A stretch of 63,702 nt of DNA, the filler included, from Hausera hauseri (Eukaryota): NCBI GenBank assembly GCA_046269625.1. It is 12 parts of 12 records of this genome, joined end to end, with 100 filler letters (N's around TTAATTAATTAA, not from the genome) between each part and the next. Parts side by side here need not be neighbours in the genome. Positions count along the whole stretch, not along the records: positions 1 to 4,289 come from JBJURY010654552.1; positions 4,390 to 8,604 come from JBJURY010696215.1; positions 8,705 to 13,651 come from JBJURY010383146.1; 9 more parts are not named here. One strand, 5' to 3'. Shown here one piece after another: positions 1 through 11,853 of this stretch. Both the position numbers and the translations under genes were made by a program. Below the pieces are notes generated by a model, which did no database searches, was not told where the DNA came from, and was given only the letters and a program-made list of their open reading frames with translations. The stretch's first letter is position 1; every line of letters starts with the position of its first letter.

Positions 1-894
1 ACAGTTGACAAACCGATGCAATGTGACCGTTTAGATTAAGATGGCAGTCGGTTTCACCAGTTCGAAAGTCAATTTCGTGAAAATCAATATTACCAGATGA
101 CAGTTTAATAATTAAAACTGGTTTACCAAAATTTGAAGCATAAATGTCGGACAACCAGTATTTAAATGATTGAGTGTATGAAAAACTGTCACAATTACCT
201 TTTGTTATTTCGTCGGAACTGGTTGAACAATAAGATGTCGGAGTTGAGTTCCCCGAACACTGTGTAGCGGTAGGATGATTGTCACAAGACTTAGTTGACG
301 TAGAACTTGACATTGGTTGCAATTGTTTCGAAGGAGTCGAAAGTGACGGGGATACAAAATGTAATCGGTTAGGCCTTTGCAAGTTTTTTATCAAACACCA
401 AATGCAAAAATGTCTAACACATAAAGCATAAGGCTTGAAAATTCTACAATTTAAAGGACTTTTTTTAAAATGACCAACCACTGCATAAGGTTTTCTAATT
501 CGATTAGAAAAACAAAGATGTGTCAACAAAAGAAATAATTCTAAGCAGTTTCCTAACAAATGACGTTTTTCCACCAATCAATAAAAGCGAAGAGTTTGTA
601 TTCATTACATGGAATCCAATTCCATAAGTTTTATAAGGTATCACTTTAGAAACTTGTTCACTCGAGGAAACAGTTTTGAGTAATGTAAAATTGGCATTTA
701 GAAAACAATTTGAACCCAATCCTGGCTTATTGAATGTTTTGTACGAAAATCGAAAATTATCGCGGAAATTCGTAAAATGATGATAGTAATAAATAAAATA
801 AGATCCAATTTCATTTGTTTGTACAAAATACGTTTCGGAACTCTGAATAGTGTATTAAGGAAGCATGTGAGGTACCGAACAACGTGTCTGACGA

Positions 895-1620
895 AAATAA
901 AATCGTAGTTATGAACAAATCGAATAATATTGATTATTTGAATAAAGTAGCACCAAGTTTTATCCTCAGGTAACATGTTCAAATCAGACGGTTTTTTCGA
1001 ACTTTATGGACGAGCTTGTTGACTCAAATTAGACGGATACGAAAATCCAATTAACTTTCCAACATTACTAAGATACGTTTGCAAAACTGTATAGCTACAT
1101 AGATAATAATCCGTGATAAAAATAGTAGAGTGGTCATCAAACGATTCGGTAACAAAAACTTGATTTACTGATATCAAACAAGGATGATTAATTTTATGAA
1201 ACTTCTCCAATAAATTCTTGTCGTTGGCAGATTGCAAAACAAGTCCTGGAAACCTTAGAAACAGAACATACTTTTCATTGGAATTACTAAATGTTTTATA
1301 ACAAATTGATGGTCGATTGGATGTCTGATTTTCGAAGTTAAACGTTGATTCCATTGGTGTTATATCAGTGTAATCCAGTATCGTATTGGGAATTTTAGCA
1401 CAACTTTTTTGAAATTACACTGACCAAGGAGGCACTAATTCTATCAATATACACCTTCCGAAGTCCGTCATTAATTGAAAGTGGACTTTCAGCTTTCTTA
1501 CTTTTGACTAAATGTTGCTTGCCCTGACGCAATCGTGTTGCAGTACTGTGCACCGGAGGAAACACGATCCATTTGGGATTCTCCAATTCATTATTAACCT
1601 GCATTTGACTGAGATTTTAT
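895..1620 (-). pseudogene. PAN3: PAN3 (PAN2-PAN3 deadenylase pseudokinase subunit) fragment, intronless and frameshifted
   Basis: Pieces ...SINDGLRKVYIDRI...IPNTILDYTDITPME...CYKTFSNS...KINHPCLISVNQVFVTESFDDHSTIFITDY...LPEDKTWCYFIQIINIIRFVH follow the PAN3 pattern in order (ADELRQELINRH, YHSLFPLE, CYKAVNS, KIQHSNIVTLREVFTTKAF, LPESLIWAYIVQL). Split over three ORFs; similarity stops mid-domain. Confidence 0.8.
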
Positions 1621-2298
1621 ATTTGACGGAGAATAGAACATGGTTGATTGTACAGTTCGTTGAGGATTTCGCTGTATATTTTTATTAGAGATCAATATTT
1701 CAGTATCGATTACTTTATGCAAAACAGGAGAATTTAAGATAGAATTTAATGGATTGTTACTGTTGCGGTGATTGTTCCCTAGACTCACTTGCATTTGATG
1801 CAAAGAATTCATATTCATTTGGTTTGGATACATTCGTTGTTCATTACCTAATAGAGGCGATGGATTGCATTTTGTTGTTTTGATTAATATTGGTTCAATG
1901 GACGTTGTACGTAGGGATGAGGATAATGTCATTAGAGTGTTCATAGAAATTTTACTTATTTCTGAATTGATGGAAGACATTTGAACAATTATGGACAATA
2001 ATTGATTGGGAATTGGACCAATAAATTTTAATAAATTGACAAAATCTACACTGGCCAATGCTTTGATCGCGTCTTTTATTTCAACATTTTCTAAGATGGG
2101 CAAATATGATGATGATGAGATTGACTCACCAATTTTTATATTGGATGAATCTTTTCTCTCTATACTACTCGTTGATGACATTCTCCAGTCCATCAGAACA
2201 TGTCTGGAACCAATCAGGAACCAATGGTGTAGCCACAGGAAGGCACAAGTTACCACTGTAAATATTTCCATTTTATCCAATAATGGTGACCATGAACA

Positions 2299-3115
2299 TC
2301 CTGTCAACATATTCCCCTTTGGAATACGGACACTGTCAAAATAGACAACGGTGCTCAATGAACCGACCTCACTGCGTTGGTTTGTCATTCCTGTGGTTTT
2401 GGAATCCACAATGAAACCAACAGGAACCTGATCATTTTCTCGAGCTAAAACTATACACAAATCCACTTTTTCAAATCCAAATACATCAGGCACGGACCCA
2501 TTCAGAAAATATGTACCATTAAGTTGGTCGTAAAATGCCGTCAATCGATATTTTGGCTCTGAAGAGAAAAAATCACCAATGCATAAAGTTGCAGAAAAAT
2601 TTCCAGATGCTATTTGTACTAATATTTCATTTTTAATCGCTTCGCTACCAGCAGTAGAAATGGTGTGTATGGAAAGCATATACGGTGATTACGAATTCAA
2701 TAAATATCTAACGTCCGACGAAATTGCCTCATGGACGAGTCCCATCATCAAATTGCTATAACTAGATCCATTATATAATTCTGGCAATTGCAAACTAAAT
2801 AATCCTAAATTTGGTAGCTCCCTTAAGATATTCTCTCGTTTCTGAGTGTCATCAGTTTCTTTTGAAATTTCAAAAACCTCTTAATTTTCGAAAGAATGTT
2901 TGAGTCTTTCCCAGACTTTTGTTATCAGTTTCGGGATATTCAAATAAATCGAGATTGAAATAGTTTCGCAAAAGATCTTTAGAAAACGGTCTGACGCAGT
3001 GTTTTTCAGTTGGTTCAACATCAGTAGGTTTTTCTTTATATTCTATAGTTGATGTGCAATAATTTACAAATTTCTTCAGTTCATTAAAACGAGCCTTTTT
3101 CATAGAATTAATCAT
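2299..3115 (-). pseudogene. ACAD9: Acyl-CoA dehydrogenase (ACAD9/VLCAD-like), 5' half, intronless, with a frameshift and an in-frame stop
   Basis: PFSKDLLRNYFNLDLFEYPE ... LRELPNLGLFSLQLPELYNGSSYSNLMMGLVHEAISSD ... AGSEAIKNEILVQIASG ... YFLNGS ... VYFDSVRIPKGNML parallels ACAD9 ([49 protein letters not shown]). Frameshift near 2880; TAA near 2690. Confidence 0.75.
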
Positions 3116-3877
3116 AATTTGAACTCTTACAATTCCATTAAAATGTCCTAACGATATCAAAAGGTGATTTCTGTCCAAATCTGTCGAATATGATTGTTCT
3201 TCAATTGGTGGCAAAAGACCACTAGTGTTCCGAAAATTGAGAACATTCCAATTGTGTAATTTCTTTTCTTAAAATATACTTCAAATTGACTAATTCACGT
3301 ATAGATCCATATTTTTCAATCACTTTGCCTGTTATATAAGCAGCTTCAGCCAAATCTTCTGCTAAGATCTTTTCATGTATCTCAATGAAAAATTCATACG
3401 ATAATTTCATATATATATATATAGCTAGAGACGTATCTTAAATTATATGTAATAATTCCAGATTTAATGTCATGTTTTCAGCTTTGTCAGACAGGTTCGA
3501 AGATTTTTCTGTGTTTTCAGAATTGTCAGTTAAGGATATGTATGAATCAACGTCGTCGTTAAATCAAAAAATCGATTCAGCAATACGCCAATATTTGTCT
3601 GAAAATTTCCTCTGACACCAATCTGTATCCATTTAATATAACAGGACAGATAAAATAAAAAGAAATTTGAGAGCTTGATAAAACATATTCTTTTTTTAAA
3701 ATTACATATTCAAATTACAATTACAAAATCAATTTCAACAATTTATATATATACATATCACAATACATCAATTTTTCCATTATTTTCTTTTACACATTCA
3801 GCAAATTTCCCTCCAATTAAAACTAACTTATGCTTCAATTCTAACTTAATCTGTTCGATTTCTGGCCAAATCATAGA

Positions 3878-4289
3878 TGGTACATCTTTCTTTTCACATT
3901 CATAGGTCAGTAGGACTTCTCCGGTTACCCGTCCGAAAACGCCTTCTTTCATTGGAATTATTGGTGATGCTAATTCCGGATTAGCATATATTAAAGCCAG
4001 TTTAGTTCGCATGACTTCCAAGTCTAATTTGCAGTCATTTGTTATCATTTTGTGATATAACTCGGCTATTCCAGTTTGTCCTTTATAGTAGAAATAGTCA
4101 TCTCTGTTTTTCAAATAATCCTCAATTCGAATGTCTTGAGACTCGAACTTGAACGTCCTGGCGCTGATTTCCGTCTTAGCTACAAAGAATGCTTCATAAT
4201 TGATGGCATAAATTATGACATCGCATCTTGTTAGTACATCTTCACAAATTTTAATCCATGAGTGTCAGAAATCAGTAAAGTGTGGACTG
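3878..4289 (-). mobile_element. Fragment of the family-A chuvirus-like env glycoprotein, fused in frame to unrelated sequence at ~3878
   Basis: KNRDDYFYYKGQTGIAELYHKMITNDCKLDLEVMRTKLALIYANPELASPIIPMKEGVFGRVTGEVLLTYECEKKDVP is nearly identical to the ORF at 46341-47324; similarity ends abruptly after DVP. Confidence 0.92.
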
Positions 4290-4389
4290 NNNNNNNNNNN
4301 NNNNNNNNNNNNNNNNNNNNNNNNNNNNNNNNNTTAATTAATTAANNNNNNNNNNNNNNNNNNNNNNNNNNNNNNNNNNNNNNNNNNNN
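4290..4389. other. Artificial contig spacer (44 N + TTAATTAATTAA + 44 N). The same spacer is at 8605-8704, 13652-13751, 18869-18968, 22908-23007, 27259-27358, 32692-32791, 44493-44592, 49305-49404, 53825-53924 and 59303-59402. A plain 10-N gap is at 31528-31537.
   Basis: Identical 100-nt structure occurs 11 times; TTAATTAATTAA places stops in all six frames; sequence content changes abruptly at each spacer. Confidence 0.99.
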
Positions 4390-7300
4390 ACATTCTATTC
4401 GGGACAAATCGCCGGGCAGACGAATAATTTGTTTCTATCATGAAAAGTTCCACAGAGACGCAAAGAAGTGTCTTTTGGGCTGTCGCTTTTGTAATGAGCG
4501 TTTGCACTGGACAACCCTACTTGTACATATCACGCTAAGTATCAGTCCAAGGCTAGGTCATGTGTGCCGGGATGCAAACATTATAAAAACAACTCCAACT
4601 TTCTTTCCTCTTCCTCTCCTCCTTTTTCTTTTCGTTCTTCTTTTTCGCCTCAACACTCAAAAAACCAATAACGCAGCCAGATGACACGGCATATTCTGTC
4701 ATTGGCAACATCTTTTAATCCTCTGGCCGTTTCAACACCACCTTTGCAGTCTTTTTGTTGAAACCTGCACTGTTATTTAGAGACACCTCACACATTGACT
4801 TTCTTATTGATTCGGGAGCTGCTTATTCACTTTTTCCATTGTCTTTCGCTCCTACATCTACTACAGTTTTTTTCCTCCACTCTTCACTGCCTGTGGTCAA
4901 ACTTTGCACATTGCAGGTGCCACAAAACTGTTTTTCACATTTTCCAACCTACCAGGCAAATTTTCTTGGAAATTTCACGTAGCCAATATTATAACGCCCA
5001 TAATGGGTTCCGATTTCCTGGCTGCACACGATCTATTAGTTGACTGCAAGCATAGATGTCTCTTGCGCAGAAACTCTGTTGTAGATATAAACAAATGCCT
5101 ACCAGACGACCAATTGGACACTTTCTTGGACATCTTCTGTTTATTCAAATGTGAATTTCAAATGCTGTTCGTCTGCTGATAACAATACGTTTAACAATTT
5201 ATCCATATTTTTAATTACGTCAAGTGGGACCAAGTTAATTTTGAAACAATCGGTTGAACCGAATGTCATTAGTAGCGTATTCAGTTATTCTACGTCAATT
5301 ACAGCCACTGACTATTCCAATAAAATGTCCCCATCATTCTTATTGCTGGATTCCTGTCTTAAATCTTGCATAACAACTTCTTGCTTCCGCACATTTAAAA
5401 AGGACGTCAATTTCAAGCCGTCTTCTACAATTTATCACCACATAGTCACCAAACAACAAAGACCTATCAGACAAAAGGTCAGACCACTGTCACCTCATAG
5501 ACAAAAAGCTGTTAAATTAAAGTTTAGTGAACTCGAAAGGTCTGGTATTATTAGAAGATCAAAATCACCATGGGCTTCACCATTGCATGTAGTAGCAAAA
5601 AAGACGGCACTTTTCGGCCATGTGGTGACTACCGTCAAGTAAACAACCTAACCGTCATGGATGATTACCCATTACCTCTCATAATGGACATCCTGTACAG
5701 TCCTAACAACGCAAATACGTATTCCACAATCAATATACAAAAAGTCTATCATCAAATTCCAGTTGCACCTGAAGACATTCCAAAAAACTGCTGTCATTAC
5801 TCCTTTCGGCATTTATGACTATATATTTATGCCATTTGGTTTGCGTAGCGCTTCCAAAACTTTTCAACAACACATTGATACCGTTTTCTCAGGCCTTGAC
5901 TTTGCTCATCCATATATTGATGACATATTAGTTGCCTCCATGTCTGTTAAACAACATCAAGAACACTTTCATATTATTTTTCACAGACTACATCACAGTA
6001 ATTTACAAGTCAATTTCTCCAAGTGTCATTTCTTTCAAAAACGTGTCAATTACTTAGGCCACATCATCACTCCTCACGGCCACTCTCCACAATCGGTTCG
6101 ATTACAGCAATTGAAAAACATAACGCTACCAACGACTACTACTGATATGAGGAGTTTTTAGGCACACTCCACTTTATCCACAAATAAGCACCGCATTGCT
6201 CTGAGCTCACAGCACCTTTCGCACATCTATCATTCGGATAAAAGAAGCAGTTAATCCACTGGACTCCTGATTTAGTCACCAAATTGGAACACTTATGCGA
6301 AGGCCTAAAGACCGTCAAAATACTGGCCTATCCAAAACCTAACGCAGATCTTATATTTACCACCGATGCCTCGACCATAGATATCGGTGCAATACTACCC
6401 CAGATTTCTAACGGCGTAGAAGAACCATTAGAGTTTTACTCCCAAAAACTCACACAACCAGAAAGCCGCTACTCAACATTTGGCCGTGAGTTACTCGCCA
6501 CAGTTCTGGCAGTAAAACATTTCAAACACCTACTTCTATCTCGTCAATTCGTTATCGAAACCGACCACAAACCTCTCCTGCATATCATGTCGCTAAAGTA
6601 GCCTTCACCAAGGCACGAACGACAGATATCATTCTTATCTACATTCGATTTTGTTTCAAAATACATTTCAGGCACAGTCAATTTGGTAGCAGATTTTCTG
6701 TCGAGGTCGGTTGGCTCCATTAGAGTTGAGCCGATTTTCTCATCCGAAGTCGTAAAGGCCAATTAACCATCTGCTCACTTCCTTAGCTCTTTCAGATTCT
6801 TTAAGATCATTGATGGCACTGATTATGATACATCCACCTTCGGCAATAAAAAGATTATTCTAACTTTACCTTTACAAAAGCCAGCTTTCGTTCATACACA
6901 TTCACTCCATCATCCGGATACGAAGGCAACTTTTAGCCTGCTTCAACGTCATGTAGTTTGGCAGTCAATATGCAAGGATGTACAGGGCTGGGTTACGGAA
7001 TGCGTAACCTGTCAAAAATACAAAATCATCAAACATCTTAAACCACCGCTTTACCATTTCCCATGTACATCACGTTTTCATACCGTTCATCTTGATCTCG
7101 TTGACTCCTTACCTCCTGACAACAAGCATCAACATATTCTTACTATGATGGATTGTACTTCTTGCTGGACTGAAGCCGTTCCTCTTCGTTCAACAAACAC
7201 TGATTCAGTAGCCGACGCCTTTATAAAAGTCTGGATCAGTCGTTTTGGTTCCTCACGTTACACAATTACGGATCAAGGTCCACAATTTGAATCTGAAATG

Positions 7301-7620
7301 TTCAAATAACTTGTTAAACGCTTGGGTATATCCCACTTCTACACAACATCATATCACCCTCAAGAAAATGGCCTTCTTGAAAGGTTCCATCGAACAATAA
7401 AAATTTCTTTAAGTCTTGACAGAAAATCATCGTAATTGGACGTTCATCTTACCATTCGTTCTACTTGGGTAGCGCAACACACTCTCTACCAACTCCGGTT
7501 GTGCTCCCGCCGAAGCATATTTTAGGACTCCAATACGGGCTCTATTTAAACTATCCAACCTCGACGACAATGCCACAGACGAAAACATGCGTGCAGAACA
7601 ATCTCACTTCGTCGAGATCA
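4390..7620 (+). mobile_element. Decayed Ty3/Gypsy LTR retrotransposon, CsRn1/Kabuki-like (gag knuckle, PR, RT, RNaseH, IN)
   Basis: CHCC-type knuckle CFYHEKFHRDAKKCLLGC (~4430); protease FLIDSGA; RT SPWASPLHVV..KDGTFRPCGDYR, MPFGLRSA, YIDDILVAS; RNaseH TTDAS, YSTFGRELLA, TDHKPL; integrase HPG, HLDLV, TDQGPQFES, YHPQENGLLERFHR. Many stops and frameshifts. Confidence 0.93.
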
Positions 7621-7734
7621 GCTCAGACTCGTTCTGCCAGTAGGTATAAAATGGCGGTTTTGTCCCACCTTACATCACTCCCCGGGGATATAATCGAAAA
7701 ATTAATTCTGCACATGTTCCAATTGATAACGCAC

Positions 7735-8560
7735 ATGGAGCACTATCGATCGGTAGTGTGCTAGGCAATTGTGCCGTTAGGTACCGTTGCTAAGCACACT
7801 TTTGCACATTTCAGAAATCGATCGCTTCACAGTTCAGTGTTGATCGAATCGATCAGCACAAAGTCTTAATTGATGGTGCACATTAGTGCACATGGGTTGG
7901 TGCATAGTGCAGGTGCACTACACATGTGCAAGTGTGCAAAAATCAATAATATCGGATTTCCGATATTTCCAATATTAATGATTAGCACCCGGCACCGGGT
8001 GCAATCGAGTGCAAAATTGATTCTTTATACGAATGTGCAATTAGAATTTAAATCAATCAATTGGTTGTCGAATAAATGGCAACTGAAACAGAACCGCCAC
8101 AGATCTTTCCGGTGTAAAATAAAAATTGATAGATCTGATACGTGAAAAGCACTAGTCGGTAGTGCATTTTGTGCACTACCGATCGGGAAATGCTCATTAT
8201 GGACGTGCCGTTAGGCACTGTTGCCAAGGCACTTTTACACTTTTCACATTTTTGTAGTTGTACAGACTAGGATTGATGGAATTGATCGGGGACTAGTTCT
8301 AGTGGATAGGGCATGTCGAGATGTATCTTAAAATGCACTGTCCAGGTGCTTAGCACATGTGCAAGTGTGCAAAAATCAATAATACCAGATTTCCAATATT
8401 TCTAATATTAATGATTAGGACACGCGACCGGGTGCAGTCGATTGGAAATATGATGCACTATATGAATGTGCAATTAGAATTTAAATCTATCGATTGATTT
8501 TTGAATAATATCAATCCAAAGTGCAACTGGAGCAGTTGCCCATAGTTTTTTAGGTCCTAA
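7735..8560. repeat. Two diverged tandem copies of a ~433-bp palindrome-rich unit
   Basis: cacatgtgcaagtgtgcaaaa at 7921 and 8354; gaatgtgcaattagaatttaaatc at 8031 and 8464; gtgccgttagg at 7771 and 8205. Confidence 0.85.
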
Positions 8561-8705
8561 GGAGTCAAAATTCAATACATTTAGCGGAGACAGATAGGGA
8601 GTGANNNNNNNNNNNNNNNNNNNNNNNNNNNNNNNNNNNNNNNNNNNNTTAATTAATTAANNNNNNNNNNNNNNNNNNNNNNNNNNNNNNNNNNNNNNNN
8701 NNNNC

Positions 8706-8960
8706 TATTTGGTGTTGTTCAAAAATCCCCGTGATCAGACTATCATTGATTATGTTGCATGACAAGCATTTCCTCACAACCGAGCCTACTTGATAGATGC
8801 ATATCATCATGTTACGACGGAGCCACGCGGATATTTGTTCACTGACTTTACGCAACAGTGTCCCGATGACATGCGTGTACAAACAGACATTTTCAATCAG
8901 AAGGGTGGTGTATGTTTCTATAAACAAATTCGAAAATCGACGAAGACACGATTGAGATAA
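8706..8960 (+). pseudogene. Polinton packaging ATPase (A32/FtsK-like), C-terminal part
   Basis: YLVLFKNPRDQTIIDYVA*QAFP...AYHHVTTEPRGYLFTDFTQQCPDDMRVQTDIF matches the Polinton ATPase C-terminus (YIVLFKNPRD...PYGYL.ID...R.RT.IF); one internal TGA. Confidence 0.85.
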
Positions 8961-8962
8961 AA

Positions 8963-9142
8963 ATGAAGAATTTCCGAAAAACGATTGTTAAACGTAAACC
9001 TATCAAGGTGGTGTCCGGCGGCAAGAAACGTGTATCAAAACGAAGCGCCGCTACAGTCAAGCGATTAATCAATTCTGTGCTTCGTCGAACAACAAAAGCA
9101 GCATCTAGACGCAAATTACCGTCACAGTGGCAACGGTTATAA
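8963..9142 (+). CDS. 59-aa Lys/Arg-rich protein, probable virion DNA-condensing core protein
   Basis: MKNFRKTIVKRKPIKVVSGGKKRVSKRSAATVKRL...; ATG lies 2 nt after the ATPase stop; below the ORF-track cutoff; VSGG resembles an adenain cleavage site. Confidence 0.55.
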   Translation: MKNFRKTIVKRKPIKVVSGGKKRVSKRSAATVKRLINSVLRRTTKAASRRKLPSQWQRL

Positions 9143-9167
9143 AAAACTACGTCTCATTAGCATTAAT

Positions 9168-9512
9168 ATGTCCACAAAAAACATGCGATTCAAATGTAGT
9201 CAGCCGTACTTTATTGATTTGCTCAAGGCACCTACGCGACATAGGCGAAACATGCTACGATCATTCCCGCAAATTGTAGTAGACGATTTGATGGAAATTT
9301 TGTACAATGTCATTGTGGGTCACGTTGACATTGGTAGTGGGAAGCGGAATTTACTAAAGTATCGAAAAAGACTCATTGGCCTTGCCAACGCCCGTAGTAA
9401 ACGGCTGAAACAAGGGGTTATGTACCAGCAAGACGGCGGATTCCTTGGTGGAATTCTACCGGTTGTCACGTCATTAATGGGTGGACTCATTGGTTCTACA
9501 GCAGTATTATAG
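9168..9512 (+). CDS. Small Polinton/adintovirus virion protein with C-terminal QxGGFL and hydrophobic tail
   Basis: ...LMEILYNVIVGHVDI...QQDGGFLGGILPVVTSLMGGLIG, a pattern typical of this conserved Polinton ORF. Confidence 0.75.
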   Translation: MSTKNMRFKCSQPYFIDLLKAPTRHRRNMLRSFPQIVVDDLMEILYNVIVGHVDIGSGKRNLLKYRKRLIGLANARSKRLKQGVMYQQDGGFLGGILPVVTSLMGGLIGSTAVL

Positions 9513-9658
9513 TATAAACAATGACGGTAAGTATAGGACAGTTCGGCGATATGGGTGCATAGTTTTCATCTATCTGTCTAGGTTTACCGAATCTTTCATT
9601 TACGCTGCGTTCTAACTGTTGTAATACAAGCAAAACCGGCACCATCGATGACAACACA

Positions 9659-10021
9659 ATGGGTGACGTGTGGTTCGACCCGCGTCATCCCGTGGGGTAT
9701 ACTGGCGTCGACAAACTGACAAAGACTGTCAAACAGACTCGGAAACAGACCCAACGTTGGCTCGGGAAACAGTTAGCATACAACCTAAACAAACTGATAA
9801 GAAGGCGGTTTCCAACTCGTGAATACCGTGCTACCGGTGTAAATAACGTATGGCAAAAGGATCTGATGGAAATGATTCCGTACGCCAGCACCAACGATGG
9901 GTATCGGTACGTGCTGACATGCGTTGATATGTTTAGTCGTTTTGCACGTGCAGTTGCCGTGAAATCTAAATCCCGTAAAGAGATTGCCGACGCTGTTCAG
10001 ACACTGATGCAGCAGCAACAA

Positions 10022-10058
<37 letters not shown>

Positions 10059-10729
10059 AACCGAAACATTTACAAACGGATTTGGGTAAGGAATTCTATA
10101 ACACCCGCGTTGCAGCGGTCTTGAAACGGTTCGGCGTAAACCACTACTCGGTGTTTTGCCAACACAAGGCTGCACTCGTTGAACGATTTAATCGAACATT
10201 GCGCGGTCGCCTAAACAAATTCTTTTCGAAGAAAGGCAACAAACGCTGGGTAGATGTACCGTTGGATATTATTCATAAATGCAATCATTCGACACATCTT
10301 GGCATAAATGGATTACGGCCGGTTGATGTAGTCGATGATTTGCACATGTGACTTTATCAAAACAACCGACGAGGACGACAGGAAATTAAACGCCCAAAAT
10401 ATAAAATCGGTAATTATGTACGTATTTCAAAAATAAGTACGACGCCATTGATTAAGAATTTCAATCAGAACTGGAGCGACGAGGCTTTCCGCATTTTGGC
10501 AATCAACTCAAAACAAACACCTGTCATGTACGTTTTAGAGGATGAAAACGGTGAGGAAACACGCAATAAATTCTACAAACAGGAACTGCAAGTACTAGCC
10601 GAGAAACTCGATGTATATCGCATTCAGGAAATTCTACGTTAGCATGACAAAGGTTCGAATAAACAATATTTCGTCAAGTGGCACGGATACACTGCACCAA
10701 ATTGGATTTTTGCATCACATATTCAATGA
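9659..10729 (+). pseudogene. Polinton retroviral-like (rve) integrase with C-terminal chromodomain; interrupted by a (CAA)n tract and stops
   Basis: WFDPRHPVGYTGVDKL, WQKDLMEM, YVLTCVDMFSRFA, PKHLQTDLGKEFYN, KAALVERFNRTL, NWSDEAF, FYKQELQ, QYFVKWHGY. Confidence 0.92.
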
Positions 10730-11805
10730 GCAGCAACAGCAGCAGCATTTACTTGGTACTTGATAATAACAGATCATTATCACAACATGACGACAATGAC
10801 GACAATACCACTAAAGAGTTTACCGTGCACTTGGATAAACCGGTCGATTTACGCCACACAGCCTGGGAAGTAGCTTTGACGGAATTCACATTTACATTTT
10901 CACCTATGGCAATACGTCAGAACAGTAGTATTTACTTTACCCGACAAGAAACAAACCTTATTTCAAGTCGTTTGCGGACAATCCGAAACAATAACCGATA
11001 TATTCTTCGCAATTATTCTGGTGAAAATTTCTCGGTTTATGCTTATTTGTCAAACTAACGTATGAAACTAATGCATTGAAATCCCATGGAAATTCAGTTT
11101 AATTCTATAGCTGATGCTCAGGAATGGGGTTTTCAATCAGTCAATGTACACTCAAAACGTCTACGGCTAGGTGGACATTTTATAATTGGTGAAAAATTGA
11201 ACCTTTCATCCGATGCAGAATCCGATATTATAGTAAAGTGGACTAAGTCAGATTCAGTTTTCCGCTCATATATTATACCACACAATTTAGTAATGGAAAC
11301 GGAACTGGAATTGTGTGAATACGTCAAGAAAACAGCTACGTTAGCCATAATGACATGTGAAATAAACGCAGATGGTCATATATCGATTATACTACATGAC
11401 AATGTTACATATTTTGCCTTTGATGAATTATTGGCTCGGAATCTGGGTTTTTAAAAACGGGAAATCTATCAAAACATTGTTGGACGATCTATTGTTACCA
11501 AAAACAAACAACAACTCTATGGAGCATTTTGCCGAATCAACATTTTAACGGACTTAACCGAATCCGTTCTCCTTGGTGGAGAACGTAAACAACTGCTGGC
11601 TTCTATCGAACTAGATTCTGATACGTAAAAAACATCGGGTGATATTGTTCGCGTTATTATGTTCAGACCCATGTACTTATCATTGTCTCACAATATTGTG
11701 CAGAGTATTTCCGTGTAAATGCTTGATGAATTTTTGGAACCCATTAAATTTTTGCTAGGGTCAACGACACACTTGACACTACACTTTAGACGTCGTTGTC
11801 GATAA
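10726..11805 (+). pseudogene. Polinton minor capsid (penton) copy 1
   Basis: N-terminal IYLVLDNNRS..NTTKEFTVHLDKPVDLRHTAWEVALTEF; C-terminal VLLGGERKQLL...PMYLSL...LTLHFRR; internal stops. Confidence 0.75.
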
Positions 11806-11853
11806 TAAACAAACTGCGTCATCATCATCATCATCATAGTCATCATCGAGATC

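Noticed and set aside
9995-10060. Poly-Q protein, or the antisense poly-L/poly-V ORFs
   Set aside because: A (CAA)n microsatellite expansion inside a dead integrase.
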